Positions 1 through 14,300 of a stretch of DNA of 64,000 bases are shown here, piece by piece. The notes beneath the pieces were generated by a model. It was not told the origin of the DNA. It did not search any database and saw only the letters and a list, made by a program, of their open reading frames with translations. The position numbers and the translations under genes were made by a program. Origin of the DNA: an uncultured Methanosarcinales archaeon. GTDB lineage: Archaea > Nanobdellota > Nanobdellia > Woesearchaeales > CAXGTL01. Location of the stretch: contig CAZHVK010000005.1 in NCBI GenBank assembly GCA_964535955.1, forward strand, positions 62,001 through 126,000, given 5' to 3'. The stretch's first letter is position 1. The number at the start of each line of letters is the position of its first letter.

Positions 1-2
1 GT

Positions 3-1984
3 GATGCAAAAACATATAATAGTCAATTAATAATAAATTCATCTGGTGATTGGTGGGGTAGTGCTGATACTTCAACATATGTTGTGACAAAACAAAATTT
101 TACAGATGATTTTATTTATGAAGTTTATGTTATGTATAATGGTGTTCCTAGTGGAGCTTCAAATACTTGGCCAAGATTCTTAGGTTTAAGATCAAGTAAT
201 AAAACAAATTCAAGAACATTTTTTATGCTTGGTGATTCTGATAATTCACATTGGAATGGTGGTTGGAGACTAACTGATGGAGGAACTTCTGCATCTGACT
301 CTGATAATACTGGTGCTGCTAATCCTGGTAATAATTCAATAGTTAGGTTTGAGAAATTTGGTGATGCTACTGTTAGATATCTTGTTGATGGAAGTTTGTC
401 TGGTACAAAAGAACAAGCTAGCTGGTCATTAACACATGTTGCATTAACACAAACAGAAGGTAATCCTAAAAATTCAATATTTGAATGGGCAAGGGTTAGA
501 AAATACTCAGGTGTTGAGCCAACAGAATCAGTTGGGTCTGAAGAAGGTTATACACAAACAGATTCAGCAGGTGAATATAATTATTCATTTGTTGTGCCAT
601 CTGTAGGAGGAACATATACTGTGATGGTTAATGGCAGTTATAATGGTTATGATGTTTCTGATTCACAGTCATTGACTGTTCAAGCACCTGCAGAACCTGC
701 TGGAAGAGGTGGTTTTGATATTGAAAACTGTACTACATTGAGTACTCCTGGTGAAAATTATTATCTAAATAGATCAATCATTAATACTGCGAGTGCAAAA
801 TGTATGAATATTACTGCTGAAAATGTTACACTTAATTGTCAAGGATTTGTGATTGGTGGAAGAAGTACTGCTAATACTTATGGTGTTTATGGTGTTACAT
901 CTAATGTAAGTATTATAAATTGTTCAATAACAAAGTTCAATCGTGGTATTTATGTTGATAATAGTAGTGATAATTGGTTGTTTAAGGAAAATAATATTTC
1001 ACATAATTATCAAATGGGTATTCATTTTGAAGATACTGGTTGTGATAATCATAATATAACACATAATGTGTTTGTTAATAATACGCACCCAACTAGTGGA
1101 ACTGAATGGGATATTTATTTTGATGGAGATGGATCAAATAACACAATTTCTTATAATAATTTTTCAAGCAAGAATTATGTAAATATTCAGATACAAGGTA
1201 AGTCTGATCATAATGTTATTGATAGCAATAGATTCTATATTGCTGAAACTCATCATTTGTTTTTGGATGATGTGAGTGCAATTTCTACATGGAGTACTAT
1301 TAAAAATAATTTGTTTAATGGAAGTCAAAATTGGGCAGTCTATATAGAAGATGCTGATTATATGTTGGTCGAAAATAATAATTTTACTAATAATGGAAAT
1401 GCTGCAAATGAAGGATCAATATATCTAACAGCAGGAGCAACTTATAATAATGTAACTAATAATACATTTCATGCTAGTTCTAATTATGCTATTTATTTTG
1501 CTAGTGCTGGTGATGATAATAATAATGTGTGGAAAAATAAATTTTATGATAAGGGTATACTTGATGCGTCTGGAGGAGATAATGATTATTGTCCTGCTGA
1601 TTATGGGTATGGTAATTATTATGATCTGAATAATAGTTATTATACTATTTCGAATTTTGCAAGTGCATCAGTTTTAATAAGGCCTGATACTGATTGTGGG
1701 CCAACACCTAATGCTAATACAATTGTTGTTAATACATCTGCTGTTGATTCTTGGTCATTTGGTGGAACAAGTGCTGTGTATAATACTATTAACAAAGGTT
1801 TAGGAAATGTGCAACCTGGTGATAGGGTAAATGTAACAACTAATTCAAGTGAGACACAATCCAATGTACCAGATTCATATGTAGGATTAGCAATATATAC
1901 TCCGAATATTACTTTGGATTGTGGTGGTGCAAACATATCAGGAGCTAATAGTGGAGCAGGATTATATTCATTAAAAGATAATTG
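3..1984 (+). CDS. Partial giant surface protein (N-terminal part outside window): end of a DUF2341/LamG-like module, then right-handed beta-helix (NosD/PbH1-like) repeats
   Basis: Frame is open from base 3, upstream of the GTG at 84, until the N gap. Contains 'EWARVRKYSGVEPTESVGSEE', 'CMNITAENVTLNCQG' and Asn-rich 'I.NN.F..N..GI' beta-helix repeats with many N-x-S/T sequons. Confidence 0.85.
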
Positions 1985-2368
1985 NNNNNNNNNNNNNNNN
2001 NNNNNNNNNNNNNNNNNNNNNNNNNNNNNNNNNNNNNNNNNNNNNNNNNNNNNNNNNNNNNNNNNNNNNNNNNNNNNNNNNNNNACCAACACCTAATGCA
2101 AATACAATTGTTGTTAACACGTCTGCTGTTGATTCATGGTCATTTGGTGGAACAAGTGCTGTGTATGATAGTATTAATGAAGGATTAGGTAATGTGGATA
2201 GTGCGGACAGGGTGAATGTAACTCCTGGCTCAAGTGAGACACAATTTAATACACAAAATACTTATGTGTCTTTAGCAATATATACTCCTAATATTACTTT
2301 GGATTGTGGTGGTGCAAATATATCAGGAATGAATGATGGAGTTGGATTTTATTCATTAAAAGATAATT
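1701..2368 (+). repeat. Direct coding repeat flanking the gap (1701-1983 and 2086-2368)
   Basis: Both copies encode PTPNANTIVVNTSAVDSWSFGGTSAVY..IN.GLGNV...DRVNVT..SSETQ.N....YV.LAIYTPNITLDCGGANISG.N.G.G.YSLKDN, with scattered differences. Confidence 0.92.
1985..2084. other. Assembly scaffold gap (100 N)
   Basis: Exactly 100 N, a typical placeholder, flanked by two copies of the same ~283-bp coding repeat. Confidence 0.97.
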
Positions 2369-5300
2369 TCACAATCAAAGATTGTGGAATAAAGAGGTTT
2401 GATAATGGAATTTATATTGATTCTGGTGCAGATGGATCACATATTGTTGGCAATGTAATAATGGATAATCATGAACGAGGTATTTATTTACCTGATGCTA
2501 ATACTGATCTGCATAATATTTCACATAACCAATTTATTAATAATACACATCCTTCTGGTACTGAATATGATCTATTTTGGGATAATAGTGGTTCAAATAA
2601 TACAATAAGTTATAATAATTTTTCAAGTGAAAATTATGCAAATATTGAAATAGAAGGAACTTCTCATTATAATATCATAGATAATAATAGATTTTATGTA
2701 GCAGAGACTTATCATATCTTCTTTGATGATACTAGTACTGATGCAACTTATAATATAATAAGTAATAATTATCTTAATGGAAGCAAATATCAATCATTGT
2801 ATTTAGAAGCTACTGACTATAATCTGATTGAACATAATAATTTTACATTTAATGGAAATACTGCTAATGAAGGATCAATATATACTGCTGGAACTTCTAC
2901 TTATAATAATATAACAAATAATAGTTTTTGGAAGCTTTCAACTCAATCTACTCTTTCAATTAAGTTTAGTGCAACAGGAGATGATTTTAATTATGTATGG
3001 AATAATAATTTTTATAATAATGGATCTGGTTGGTATATTGATGATGCTGCAAGTGGTAATTTCTATAACTGGTCTGTTTATGGTAATTATTGGGATAATT
3101 TTGATACTGCTGCAGAAGGTTGTAGTAATATTGGAAGAGACGGAGTTTGTGATGCAAGCTTAATAGTTGATGATGGTGGTGTTGCAGTTGATTATCTGCC
3201 TAGAACAACTGCATTTGGATGGGAAGTTGCTCCAAATATTACTGCTATAAATCCACAAAGAAATGCAGTACTTTCATATGATACTAAGTGGGTTTGGGTA
3301 AATATAACTACAGATGTGAGTGCTACATGTCAGTATAATGATACAATAGATTTTACATATGGAACAGATGGAACAAATTATCCAACTTCAAATAATACAT
3401 ATCATGCATTAAATAAGTCAACTCCTTTAGGACAAACATATACAATATACACTAAATGTCAAGATACTAATGGAATTACTAATTATCAATCTTATGAACA
3501 TTCATTTACTGTTAATAATTCAATGAATGTGTCTGTTAATACCGGTCCTTCAACTGTGAATGCAAGTTCAACAGCTTATGCATATGGTTATCTGAATTTT
3601 ACAAATGGAACAGGAATACCAAATAATCCTGTTGATGTTTATGTGGATGGAACAAGAGAGACAAATGATTTAGGTGATGGAAGTGATGGTGCATTAACTG
3701 TTTCAACTTATAATCAAGTAGTAAATAATTATTCACAATTACTTGAAAATATAAGTTCAAGTAGTACAAAATTAGCATTAAATGATTCAAGTGCATTTTC
3801 AGTAGGGGAAGAAGTCTTAATTATACAAATGCAGAATAGATCAGTAGGAAATGTAGGACAATATGAATTTGCAACAATTTCAAGTATATCAGGAAACAAT
3901 CTTACATTATCATCTGGAATTGTTTATGATTATTATTCTGGAATATTCAATTCAACAACAGCATATGCAACTCAAGTTGTAAGGGTTCCTCATTATACTG
4001 ATGTAACTGTTCAAAATGCTGCTTCAACCACTGCAAAAGCTTGGGATGGATATATAGGAGGTATCTTAGTATTCAGAACACAAGATTATGTTAATGTATT
4101 TGGTTCAATAAATGTAACTGGAAAAGGATACAGAAGTGGGGCTGGTGGAAGTTGTACAGGTATTCAACCAACCCAAGGAGAATCAATTAGAGGTTTTGGT
4201 GATGAAAACGAGGACAATAGAAATGATGGTGGTGGTGGCTCAGGTAGTAGCTCAGCACTTGCTAGTAGTGGTGGAGGAGGAGGTCATGGAACTGGTGGAA
4301 ATCCTGGAAATGCAAATAGCAATGGATTTGGTATAAATTATAGTTATTTTAATCTAACAAAAATAATGTTAGGTTCTGGTGGTGGTGGTGGTGGTTGTGA
4401 CACTGACACTCAAACTGCTGGAGGAGATGGTGGAGCAGGTGGCGGTATAGTCATGATATTTGGAAATAATATCTCAACAATAAATAATGGTTCTATTGTT
4501 GCAGGTGGTGAAGGAGGAATAAGTACTATTAGAGCTGCTGGTTCTGGTGGTGCTGGTGGTTCTATACATTTAGGTGCAAAAACAATTAATGTGGGTGTTA
4601 ATAATGTAACTACAATTGGTGGATCAGGTGGTACTGGTGCTGGTGATGCTAGTGGTAGTTCTGGAGGTAAAGGTACAATCAGATTTGACTTTGTAACAAT
4701 ATCAGGAACATCAAATCCAGCACAGGAATTCAATGGAACATTTAATTCATATGCAACAGATTCATCTGGTTTGTATAATTTCACATTCACAACACCAAGT
4801 TCTGAAGGAACATATACTGTGATTGCTAATTCAACTTATGAAGGATATTATGCAATAGCAAGTTCAAGCTTTTCTGTGTCAAGTGCTGATTCAACAGCAC
4901 CTGGAATAACAATTGTTTATCCTTGGAATCAAACAAACCTGACAGCTGGTACAACATGGACATGGGTAAATATTACAACAGATGAAAATGCTACTTGTCA
5001 ATATAATGATACTAATTCAGGATTTACATATGAAACTGATGGAACAAATCTTACTAAGATGAATAATACTTATCATTATTTTAATTATAGTAATTATTCA
5101 AATGGATTAGTAAATGAGACAGTATATACAATCTACTATAAATGTAATGATTCAAATGGAAATGTTAATTCACAATCAGTTGCTCATCAGTTTACTGTAA
5201 ATAAAACACCTGACCTGATTGCACCTGGAATCACATTAATTGGTCCTTCAAATAATTCAGAATTAGCTGTTAATGCAAAATCTACTTGGATAAATATCAC

Positions 5301-8300
5301 TACAAATGAATCTGGATATTGTGAATTCAATGATACAAATGATTTTACATTTGGTGAAGATGGAACAAACCTTAGCACTCTTGATAATAGAGCGCATTTT
5401 TATAATTATACTAATCATTCAAATGGACTTGTGAATAATGGAGCATATGTTCTTTATTATAGATGTAATGATTCATTTGGTAATGAAAATTCTGTTTCAG
5501 AAGTGCATAAGTTTACAGTAGGTGAGTCTGAAGAAATAAGTTCTTGTCAAGCATTGACTACTGTAAATGGTAAATATAAATTAACAACAAGTCTTTATAA
5601 TGATACTAATTGTTTTGAATTCCAAGCAAATGGAATACAATTAGATTGTCAAGGCAATACTATAACTGGAAATGCAACAGGAACAGGTGATACTGAATAT
5701 TATGGTATAAATATTACACATGTTGATTCTGCTCTTGTCAGAAGATGTATTATTACTAATTATACATCTGGAATATATTTACAAAATTCATCATTCAATA
5801 CATTGACTAATCTGACAATTGTAAATAATAGTGGTTATGGGATTTATTTTTCAAGTTCACTAAATAATACAGTAAATTCTTCATCAATGGAATATAATCC
5901 TAGTGGTGGTGTTGGTCTTCAAGATTCACATAATAATACATTTTTTAATAATTCATTCTTAAATCCTAGTTTTGGAGGTGGTGATGTACTTGATATTTCA
6001 TTTGAATCTGGAGGATCAAACAATAATAATAATAATATGTTCTATCTAAATGTGTTTAGTAATTCAACTGGATTTAATAATTGGAACACTAATGCAGGTA
6101 CAATAATATTAAATAATTCTAATTATGGTAATAGATGGACTAGCCAGGATGAACCTAGAGAAACTTGTTATGATGCTGATGCTGATGGTATTTGTGATGA
6201 TTCGTATAGTTTTGGAAGTGGACCACAAGGTGAGGTTAGTGATTATCTTCCTATAAGAAAAGGTGTGATAACTGCTGGAATTAGTCTAGCACTAGGTGGT
6301 GGATCACTTGGTGCTGCTAATTATTTAGATTCTAATTATAATGGTTATATTCCTATCCAGGGTTATGATTATTATCAAATAGATATAATAAATAATCAAC
6401 AAACAAGTGATAACATAACAATCAATTATACTGATTATAATGGAATAAATACAATCTTACTTAATCAAAGCTCTGTTGTAAATTTAGGTGCTTATTCAAT
6501 TGCTTCAATTATATTTAATATGAGTGCTGCAAATAAAGGAGACTTTATAATGCAGTTCAATGCAACAACAAATGATTCTGATTATAATTATTTAATGAAT
6601 ATAACAACAAGAGTGATTGAATCATTAGCATCTTCTCCAGATTGGGAAACAAACTTAACTGGTGTGTCATCACCATCATTAACAACTGGGGATATTGATA
6701 ATGATGGAGATTATGATCTTATTGTTATTGGTACTGTTAGTGCACCAACATCTGCAGCAAATGTGTATATTAATGAAGGTGATACATTTAATGTGAGTTC
6801 TGCATGGAGTGCTAATATCACTGATGCAGGTACAGGAAGTGCTGCAATGGCTGACTTTAATAATGATGGTTGGTTAGATTTGGTTATTGCTGGGGAAGAT
6901 GAAAACGGTGTTGCTGTTACTAATATTTATATTAATAATGGAACTAATTTTGTGCAAAATATAACTTGGGAAAATAATATAACACCTAAACTATCACCAT
7001 CAATTGTTGTTGGTGATATTGATCTTGATGGTAAGATTGATATGATGTTAACAGGTGCAACAAATAATAATCCAGATGGTGTACAAGCATTTGTTTATAT
7101 CAACAATGGAACTTCATTTAATGAAAATTATGATTGGCAAAAGAATCTAACAGGTTTGTATGGTGGAATTGCTCATCTTGCTGATATAAATAATGATACT
7201 TATCTTGATTTATTCATGCTTGGTATTGATGAAAATAGTGTCTCTAATATTTCAATCTATATAAATAACCAAACAACATTAGAATATAATAGTAATTATT
7301 CATTGGGATTCAGAGATTGTTCACTTACATCATCTACATATGGTGATTTTAATAATGATTATCTTATTGATATGGCTATACAATGTTCTGAAGGATCAAA
7401 TTATCTTGACATATACTTTAATAATAAAAGTCATTTTGTAAGAAATGATTCATGGTCGTCTGGATTAACAATTAATCAAGGAAATCTGTTTGCAGGTGAT
7501 TATAATAATAATGGTTATATTGATCTGGTAAGTACACAACTAAATTCTGGTGGACCAGGAGATAGTAATGTACAGTTCTTTAATAATACTGGTAGAAACT
7601 TTACACAAGATACTGATTATGAAAAATTCATATCAAGTGACATATCTTCAATGCAATCATCATCTGCATTATTTGTTGATATGAATAATGATAGTAATCT
7701 TGATTATGTTGTTCTTGGTGATAATGCTGGAAATAATGCTTATGTTTATCTGAATAAAAGAGTGTCTAATAACACAATTCCAAATGCACCTACATCATTT
7801 AACCAAGGCTATGGTTCTGGTTTTGACATTAATTGGACAGGTGCAAGTGATAGTGAAGGAGGAATAATATATTATAATGTTAGGATTGGAACATCATCTG
7901 AGGGTAATGATGTTGTTTCTGGCAAATATGGTATTGGAAGTGATCCTGGTCAAGGAATGTTTGGTAATATGATAACTGGAAATAGTCTTTCTCTGAATAT
8001 ATCTGATACTAATTATTATTGGTCTGTGCAAGCAATTGATTCTTCTCTTGCTGCTAGTGCTTGGTCTGCTGAACAAAATTATATTGTGACAAACAGTATA
8101 AGTAGCTGCCAAGTTATATCAAATGCAAATCAAAATTATGAATTAACACAAGATGCTATGCAAGGTGATTCTTGCTTTACAATAACTGCTAGTAATATTG
8201 AATTAGATTGTCAAGGTAATAGTATAAGAGGTAATGCATCTGATGTTAATACATATTATGGAATCAATATAAGTAAAGGTACTACTAATGTTAATATTAC

Positions 8301-11300
8301 TAATTGTACTGTGCTTAATTATTCAACTGGAGTTTATCTGTATGATGTTAATGTATCTACTTTTGATGCAGTGAATCTAACAAATAATACATATGATGGA
8401 ATGATATTTGAGAAATCTCATAATAATACAGTCAAATTCTCTACAATACAATTCAATAGTAATAGAGGAATTGAGTTTGATGGTTGTCATAATAATGAGA
8501 TATATAATAATACTATTGTTGAATCTGAAGGTGTGAATGCTGATATTAATTTTTATTCTAATTATGGAACTAGTGATAATAATAAGTTTTATGGAAATAT
8601 ATTTGATGCATTTAATGCATTTACTAGTGTAGCAAATGCGAATAACATTGTGTTTAATAATTCTTATTATGGTAATTTGTGGAAAGACTTTGATGAACCT
8701 GTTAATGAATATTGTTATGATACTGATAATAATGGTATTTGTGATGATATTTATAATGTTAGTTCAAAAATAGGTGGTGGAACTAATGGTTATGAAACAG
8801 ATTATCTTCCAATAAGATCAACATCAATAACACCTGGAATTACTTTAGTATTAGATGCTTCTGATGGTCTAGGACAAAACAATGATTCAAATGCAAATGG
8901 ATATGTTGGAATAAATGAAGTAGGAACTTATTATGTATATGTTTATAATAATCAACAAACAAGTGATAATATAACTATTAATTATACTGATTATACTGGT
9001 GCTGCTTATGTTCTTAATCAGAGTTCTATTTTAAATATACCTTCATATGGTAATGCAGCATTTGCATTAAATGTAAGTGATTCAAGTTTAGGACAGATAT
9101 TAGTTGGATTAAATGTTACTACAAATGATTCTGAATATTTTAGTCTGTTAAATCTTACAACAGATGTGGTTGAAGCATTTGTAGAATCAAGTTCTTGGGG
9201 AACTAATCTAATAGGCTTAGGAGGAGCTGCAATGTTGGGTGGAGACATTGATAATGATAATGACAATGATCTGATCATGATGGGTGGAATTAATTTCCCA
9301 ACAATTGCTACAGTTGTGTACATAAATGATGGTTCTACATTTAATGTTAATACTTCATGGAGTTGGGGCATGTCAAACCTAAGTTCTGCTAGTGGTGCTC
9401 TTGCTGACTTTAATAATGATAATAATCTTGATCTTGTTGTGATGGGTACTACTAATGATAGTGAAGCTGCAACTGAATTGTATACAAATAATGGAACTAC
9501 ACTTAAGTATAATAGTACATGGACAACTGATGTAACTCGAAAACAGACTGGATCTATTGCCGTGGGTGATATTGATTTAGATGGAGATGTGGATATGGTA
9601 TTGTGTGGTGCTGATGAAAGTGATGGTTCAGGAACACAGACAAATGTGTATATAAATAGTGGAAGTGCTTTTTCAGAAAGTACTAGTTGGCAAGGTAATC
9701 TTACTCAGATGTATAATGGGGATATTATACTTGGTGATCTAAATAATGATACTTATCTTGACTTGTTTATGATTGGAACAGATGAAGATTCAAATCAAAT
9801 TGCTGAAGTTTACATAAGCAATGGAACTGGATTTAATTATAATGTTACATTTTCAAGTAATTTGAGAACATATCAATCAGGAAGTTATCAACCTTATGCT
9901 ACGTTTGTTGATATGGATAATGATAATGATCTTGACTTGGTTGTTCAAGGAAATGTTGGTGGAACTGGTTTTGATGTTTACTTTAATAATGTGACTCATT
10001 TGGTATATAATGCTAGCTGGACAAGTGGTCTGACAATACAAAACGGTCCTTTGTATCCTGGTGATTATAATAATGATGGAACAGTTGATATTTTATCTGT
10101 TAGTACTGATAGTGCAACTCAGGAAATAATATTATATAATAATACTGGTAATTCACTTGTTGTAGATGTTGTTTATGACAAGTTGTTAACAAATGTAGGT
10201 TCTGGTTCAGGATTCTTTATGGATGTTGATAATGATAATAATCTAGATATGATTACTTCTGGAACAACTACAGGAACTACAAAATCTGCAGCAGTTTATC
10301 TTAATAAAAGATCTTCAAATAATAATGCGCCAATAGCTCCAGACACTGTTACAAGTGATTATACAACAGGATTAGACATTAATTGGACTGCTGGAACAGA
10401 TACAGAAGGTGGAAGTGTTTATTATAATGTCAAAGTTGGTACTTCAAGTGGTAGAAATGATATTGTTTCTGGTAAGTATGGATTTGGTAATAGACCAAGC
10501 CAGGGTATGTTTGGAAATAGGATGTTGAATAAAAAAGTTATATTGAATATAAGTAATCAAACATATTATTGGTCTGTGCAGGCTATTGATTCTAGTTTAA
10601 AAACAAGTAGTTTTTCAACAGAAAGTAATACTTTAGAAACAACACCTCCTATTATTTCAATTGTTTATCCTGTTAATGGTTCATTTATAGATGCTACCAG
10701 TACATGGACATTATTAAATATTTCAACTAATGAAGTTGCTAATTGTCAGTATAATGATACAAGTGATTTTACATTTGGTGAAGATGGAACAGATATGATA
10801 ACATTTGGTACTACTAATAAAACTCATTATGTTAATTTAACAGGTTTAGTACATGGCACTATTTATACAATCTATTATAGGTGTAATGATACTCTTGCAA
10901 ATAAAAATATTGCTTCAACAGTGCATACTGTTAAAACAAAGTCACACATTGGTGGATGTAGTAATCTGACTATTGAAAATGAAGAATATGTATTAAATGG
11001 TTCACTAACTAATTCTGAACATGGAAAATGTATGAATATATTTGGTGACAGTATTATATTAGATTGTCAAGGTAATACAATAGATGGACAAGATACAATT
11101 AATTCATATGGTGTCTTTATCAATACGTCTAGTGCAACTATTAAGAATTGTACTATTACTGATTATTATTATGGAATATATGCAAATAATAGTGCAAGTA
11201 GTAATCAGATAACAAAGAATAATCTAAGTAGTAATCAAATGGCTGGTATTTATTTTGAAGGATCACCTACTCCTTTCCATAATAATATTACTAATAATAA

Positions 11301-14300
11301 TTTTGAATTACAAGAAAATAATAGTGGATATGATATCTATGTATCTGGTGATAATTATACAATATTATCAAATAATTTCAGCAGTACAAGTGTACAATAT
11401 AATATAAATCTAAATCAATTTTCATATGATAATACAATCAGCAGCAATAGGTTTACAAATTCTGGTAATTATAGTATTTGTATTGGTAATAATACAGAAG
11501 GAACAACAATAAATGACAATTTTATATTAAATGCATATGATTATGGAATTTATCTAAATGGTTCTGATGTAACTCTTATTAGAGATAATAACATTACTAA
11601 TGCTGGAACAAGTAATCTTGATTCTGCAATCTTGATGAATAATAGTGCTACATTTAATAATATCACTAATAACTCTTTTGGTTTGAATAATGAGTATGCA
11701 TTAGTTGTTCAGATGGCAAGTGATAATATTATTTGGGAAAATAATTTTATGAATAATCAGACAGCATTCTTTATATTTGATAATGATATTAATTATTATA
11801 ATTTATCTAGTTCTGGTAATTATTGGGAAGCTTTTAGTTCACTATGGTGTAATGATGCTGATAATGATGGGTTCTGTGATTCTCAATATTTTGTAGAAAT
11901 TTCTGGTTCTAGAATAGATTATCATGTATACATGAATGTAAGCGGGTGGATATCATATATACCTATTGTAACAGAGTATAATGCAACATTAGGTACGAAT
12001 TTTACTGCTATTGAAAATCTAACAGCTGTAAGAAATATGAGTTTGGCAACAACACAAGGTAAGATCAAATGGACTTATTCAGAAGTTAATGTAGAAAGCA
12101 TGAATTTTGATACTCATGTTGAGATTGGTGAACAATATATTGTTTTGAATACAACACAGCTTAGTGTTTCAATGAATACAACTGCTGATGTTACTATTGA
12201 AGATGTTGGTTGTTCTGGATTCAAACCTTTGACTGATCTGATATATACAGAAGGTGATGTGTATTCATCAAAAGCAGATGTACAAGCATATGGTAAATCA
12301 TGTCCTCCAAATATTTGTAGTAATATTGTTTGTGAAGCAACACAATTGAATTTTACTGTTGCTCATTTCACAGGATATTCAGCTGGAGGTAATGCTAATT
12401 TAACTGTGTATGATGATTATGAAGGATTATCTGTTCCTATTTCAACTAATGTATCATTCTATGCAAATTATACAAATGCAACTGGAGATAAGATTCCTAC
12501 TGCAAGCTGTAATATTACATTTGAAGATAATTCTAGTTCATCTTATCAAATGACTGAAGATCAGATGAATTATAATTATTCAAAATCATTTTCTACATCT
12601 GAAACTTATCAATTCAATGTAAGTTGTTATGCACCTGGTTATACTACTTTGACTGCAAATGATACTATTTCAGTATCTGGTTCAACACCAATAAGTTCTT
12701 GTCAACAATTAGGTGAAGCAGGAACAACTTATGAATTATCACAAAATGTTAATGCTGATGGAGATTGTTTCAACATATCTACTGACAATATCACTCTTGA
12801 CTGTGCTGGGTATGAGATTATAGGTAATTATACTGATAATGATATGGAATCTTTTGAGGGGATCATATCTAATTTTGTAGAAAATATTACTATAATCAAT
12901 TGTACTATTCATAATTTTACTCGTGGAATTAATATAGAACAAGCAGAAAAAACTACAATAACAAATTCAAACATAACTAATAATTCTCAATATGGTATTT
13001 ATATGTATATTACAAGCAATATTACAATCAAGACATCTGATTTTGCTAAGAATGATGAATATAGTGTTTATATGCAGGAAGTTAATTATACATTTATACA
13101 CAATAATACATTTGATGGTAAGCCTAGTACTACTGATGATGATTTGAGTGCTGATTTATATATTGCAGGACTTGGTGAAGGATATACTAATCTTGCTAGT
13201 TATTATGGATGGATATATGCAAATACATTTAATAATTATTCAAGTGTTCCAGGTGTTTGTATAAATGGACATTATTTTGAATATAATTATTCTGGTGTTG
13301 GTAATAGGTGGCTTGATTATGATGAGCCAATGGATTATGCATGGACTGAGGGATATACTAGTTATAGTAGTAGTGGAACTCCTAGGGATCAATTTATTAA
13401 TGCATTTGGTTGTTTTGATGCTGATGATGATAAGATATGTGATAATGCTTATAGTTTTTTTGCTATGGGTAATTCAGATATAGGTGATTGTTATGATGAT
13501 TTTACTAATGCTGGTAGTACTAATCCTGGTTTTGTTAGTATTGGTGATTATCATCCATTAAGAAAATTGAATATAGTAAATAACTTTACAGTGATTTTAT
13601 CTAGTGAAAGAGGTGCTGCAGAATATAGTGATGGAACAGGTGATGATGCTGGAATTGATGGATATATTCCATCTGGTATTGAATCAATAACTTCAAGTAT
13701 TGGAAATAATTATACTATTTATCTTGTGAATAATAATCAGAGTGCTCAAAATTTTACTACTAATTGTTATGGAACTGCAGGATTTGATACTGATGGTCTT
13801 GGTCAGGGTTGTGAACTGATACCTCATTTTACTGGTTCTGCTGATGATGAAGGAATTGCTGCTTATACTGCAAGAGAGATCACAATGCAAATTGATTCTA
13901 CTATAGCTTTGAATAGGATTACTCATAATTTTAGTATAGAATCAGAAGACAATACAGTTATATTTGATAAAAACATATCGTCAAACATAATACAAGGATT
14001 TGTCAATGATCCTTATTGGACAAAGACTGGTGGTAATTATGGAGGTGCTGGTGAAGAAACTTATTATATTGGTGGAAGTGGAACAGTAATGGCTGCAGGT
14101 GATATTAATAATGATGGTGTAACAGATGCAGTTGTAATATCTGGAGCAGCACCAACTGCTTCAACTAATACAGCTTATCTAATTGGTCATGTTATGATTA
14201 GTGATCCTAGTACTGGTCAATTTACTTACACTGAATGGGCAAGTAATCTTACAAATGTAAGTCATGGTAGTATGATGCTAGCTGATATTAATAATGATAA

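Noticed and set aside
1640..2188. ORFs 1640-2092 (-) and 1982-2188 (+), and the apparent frameshift across the gap
   Set aside because: Artefacts of the arbitrary 100-N gap length.
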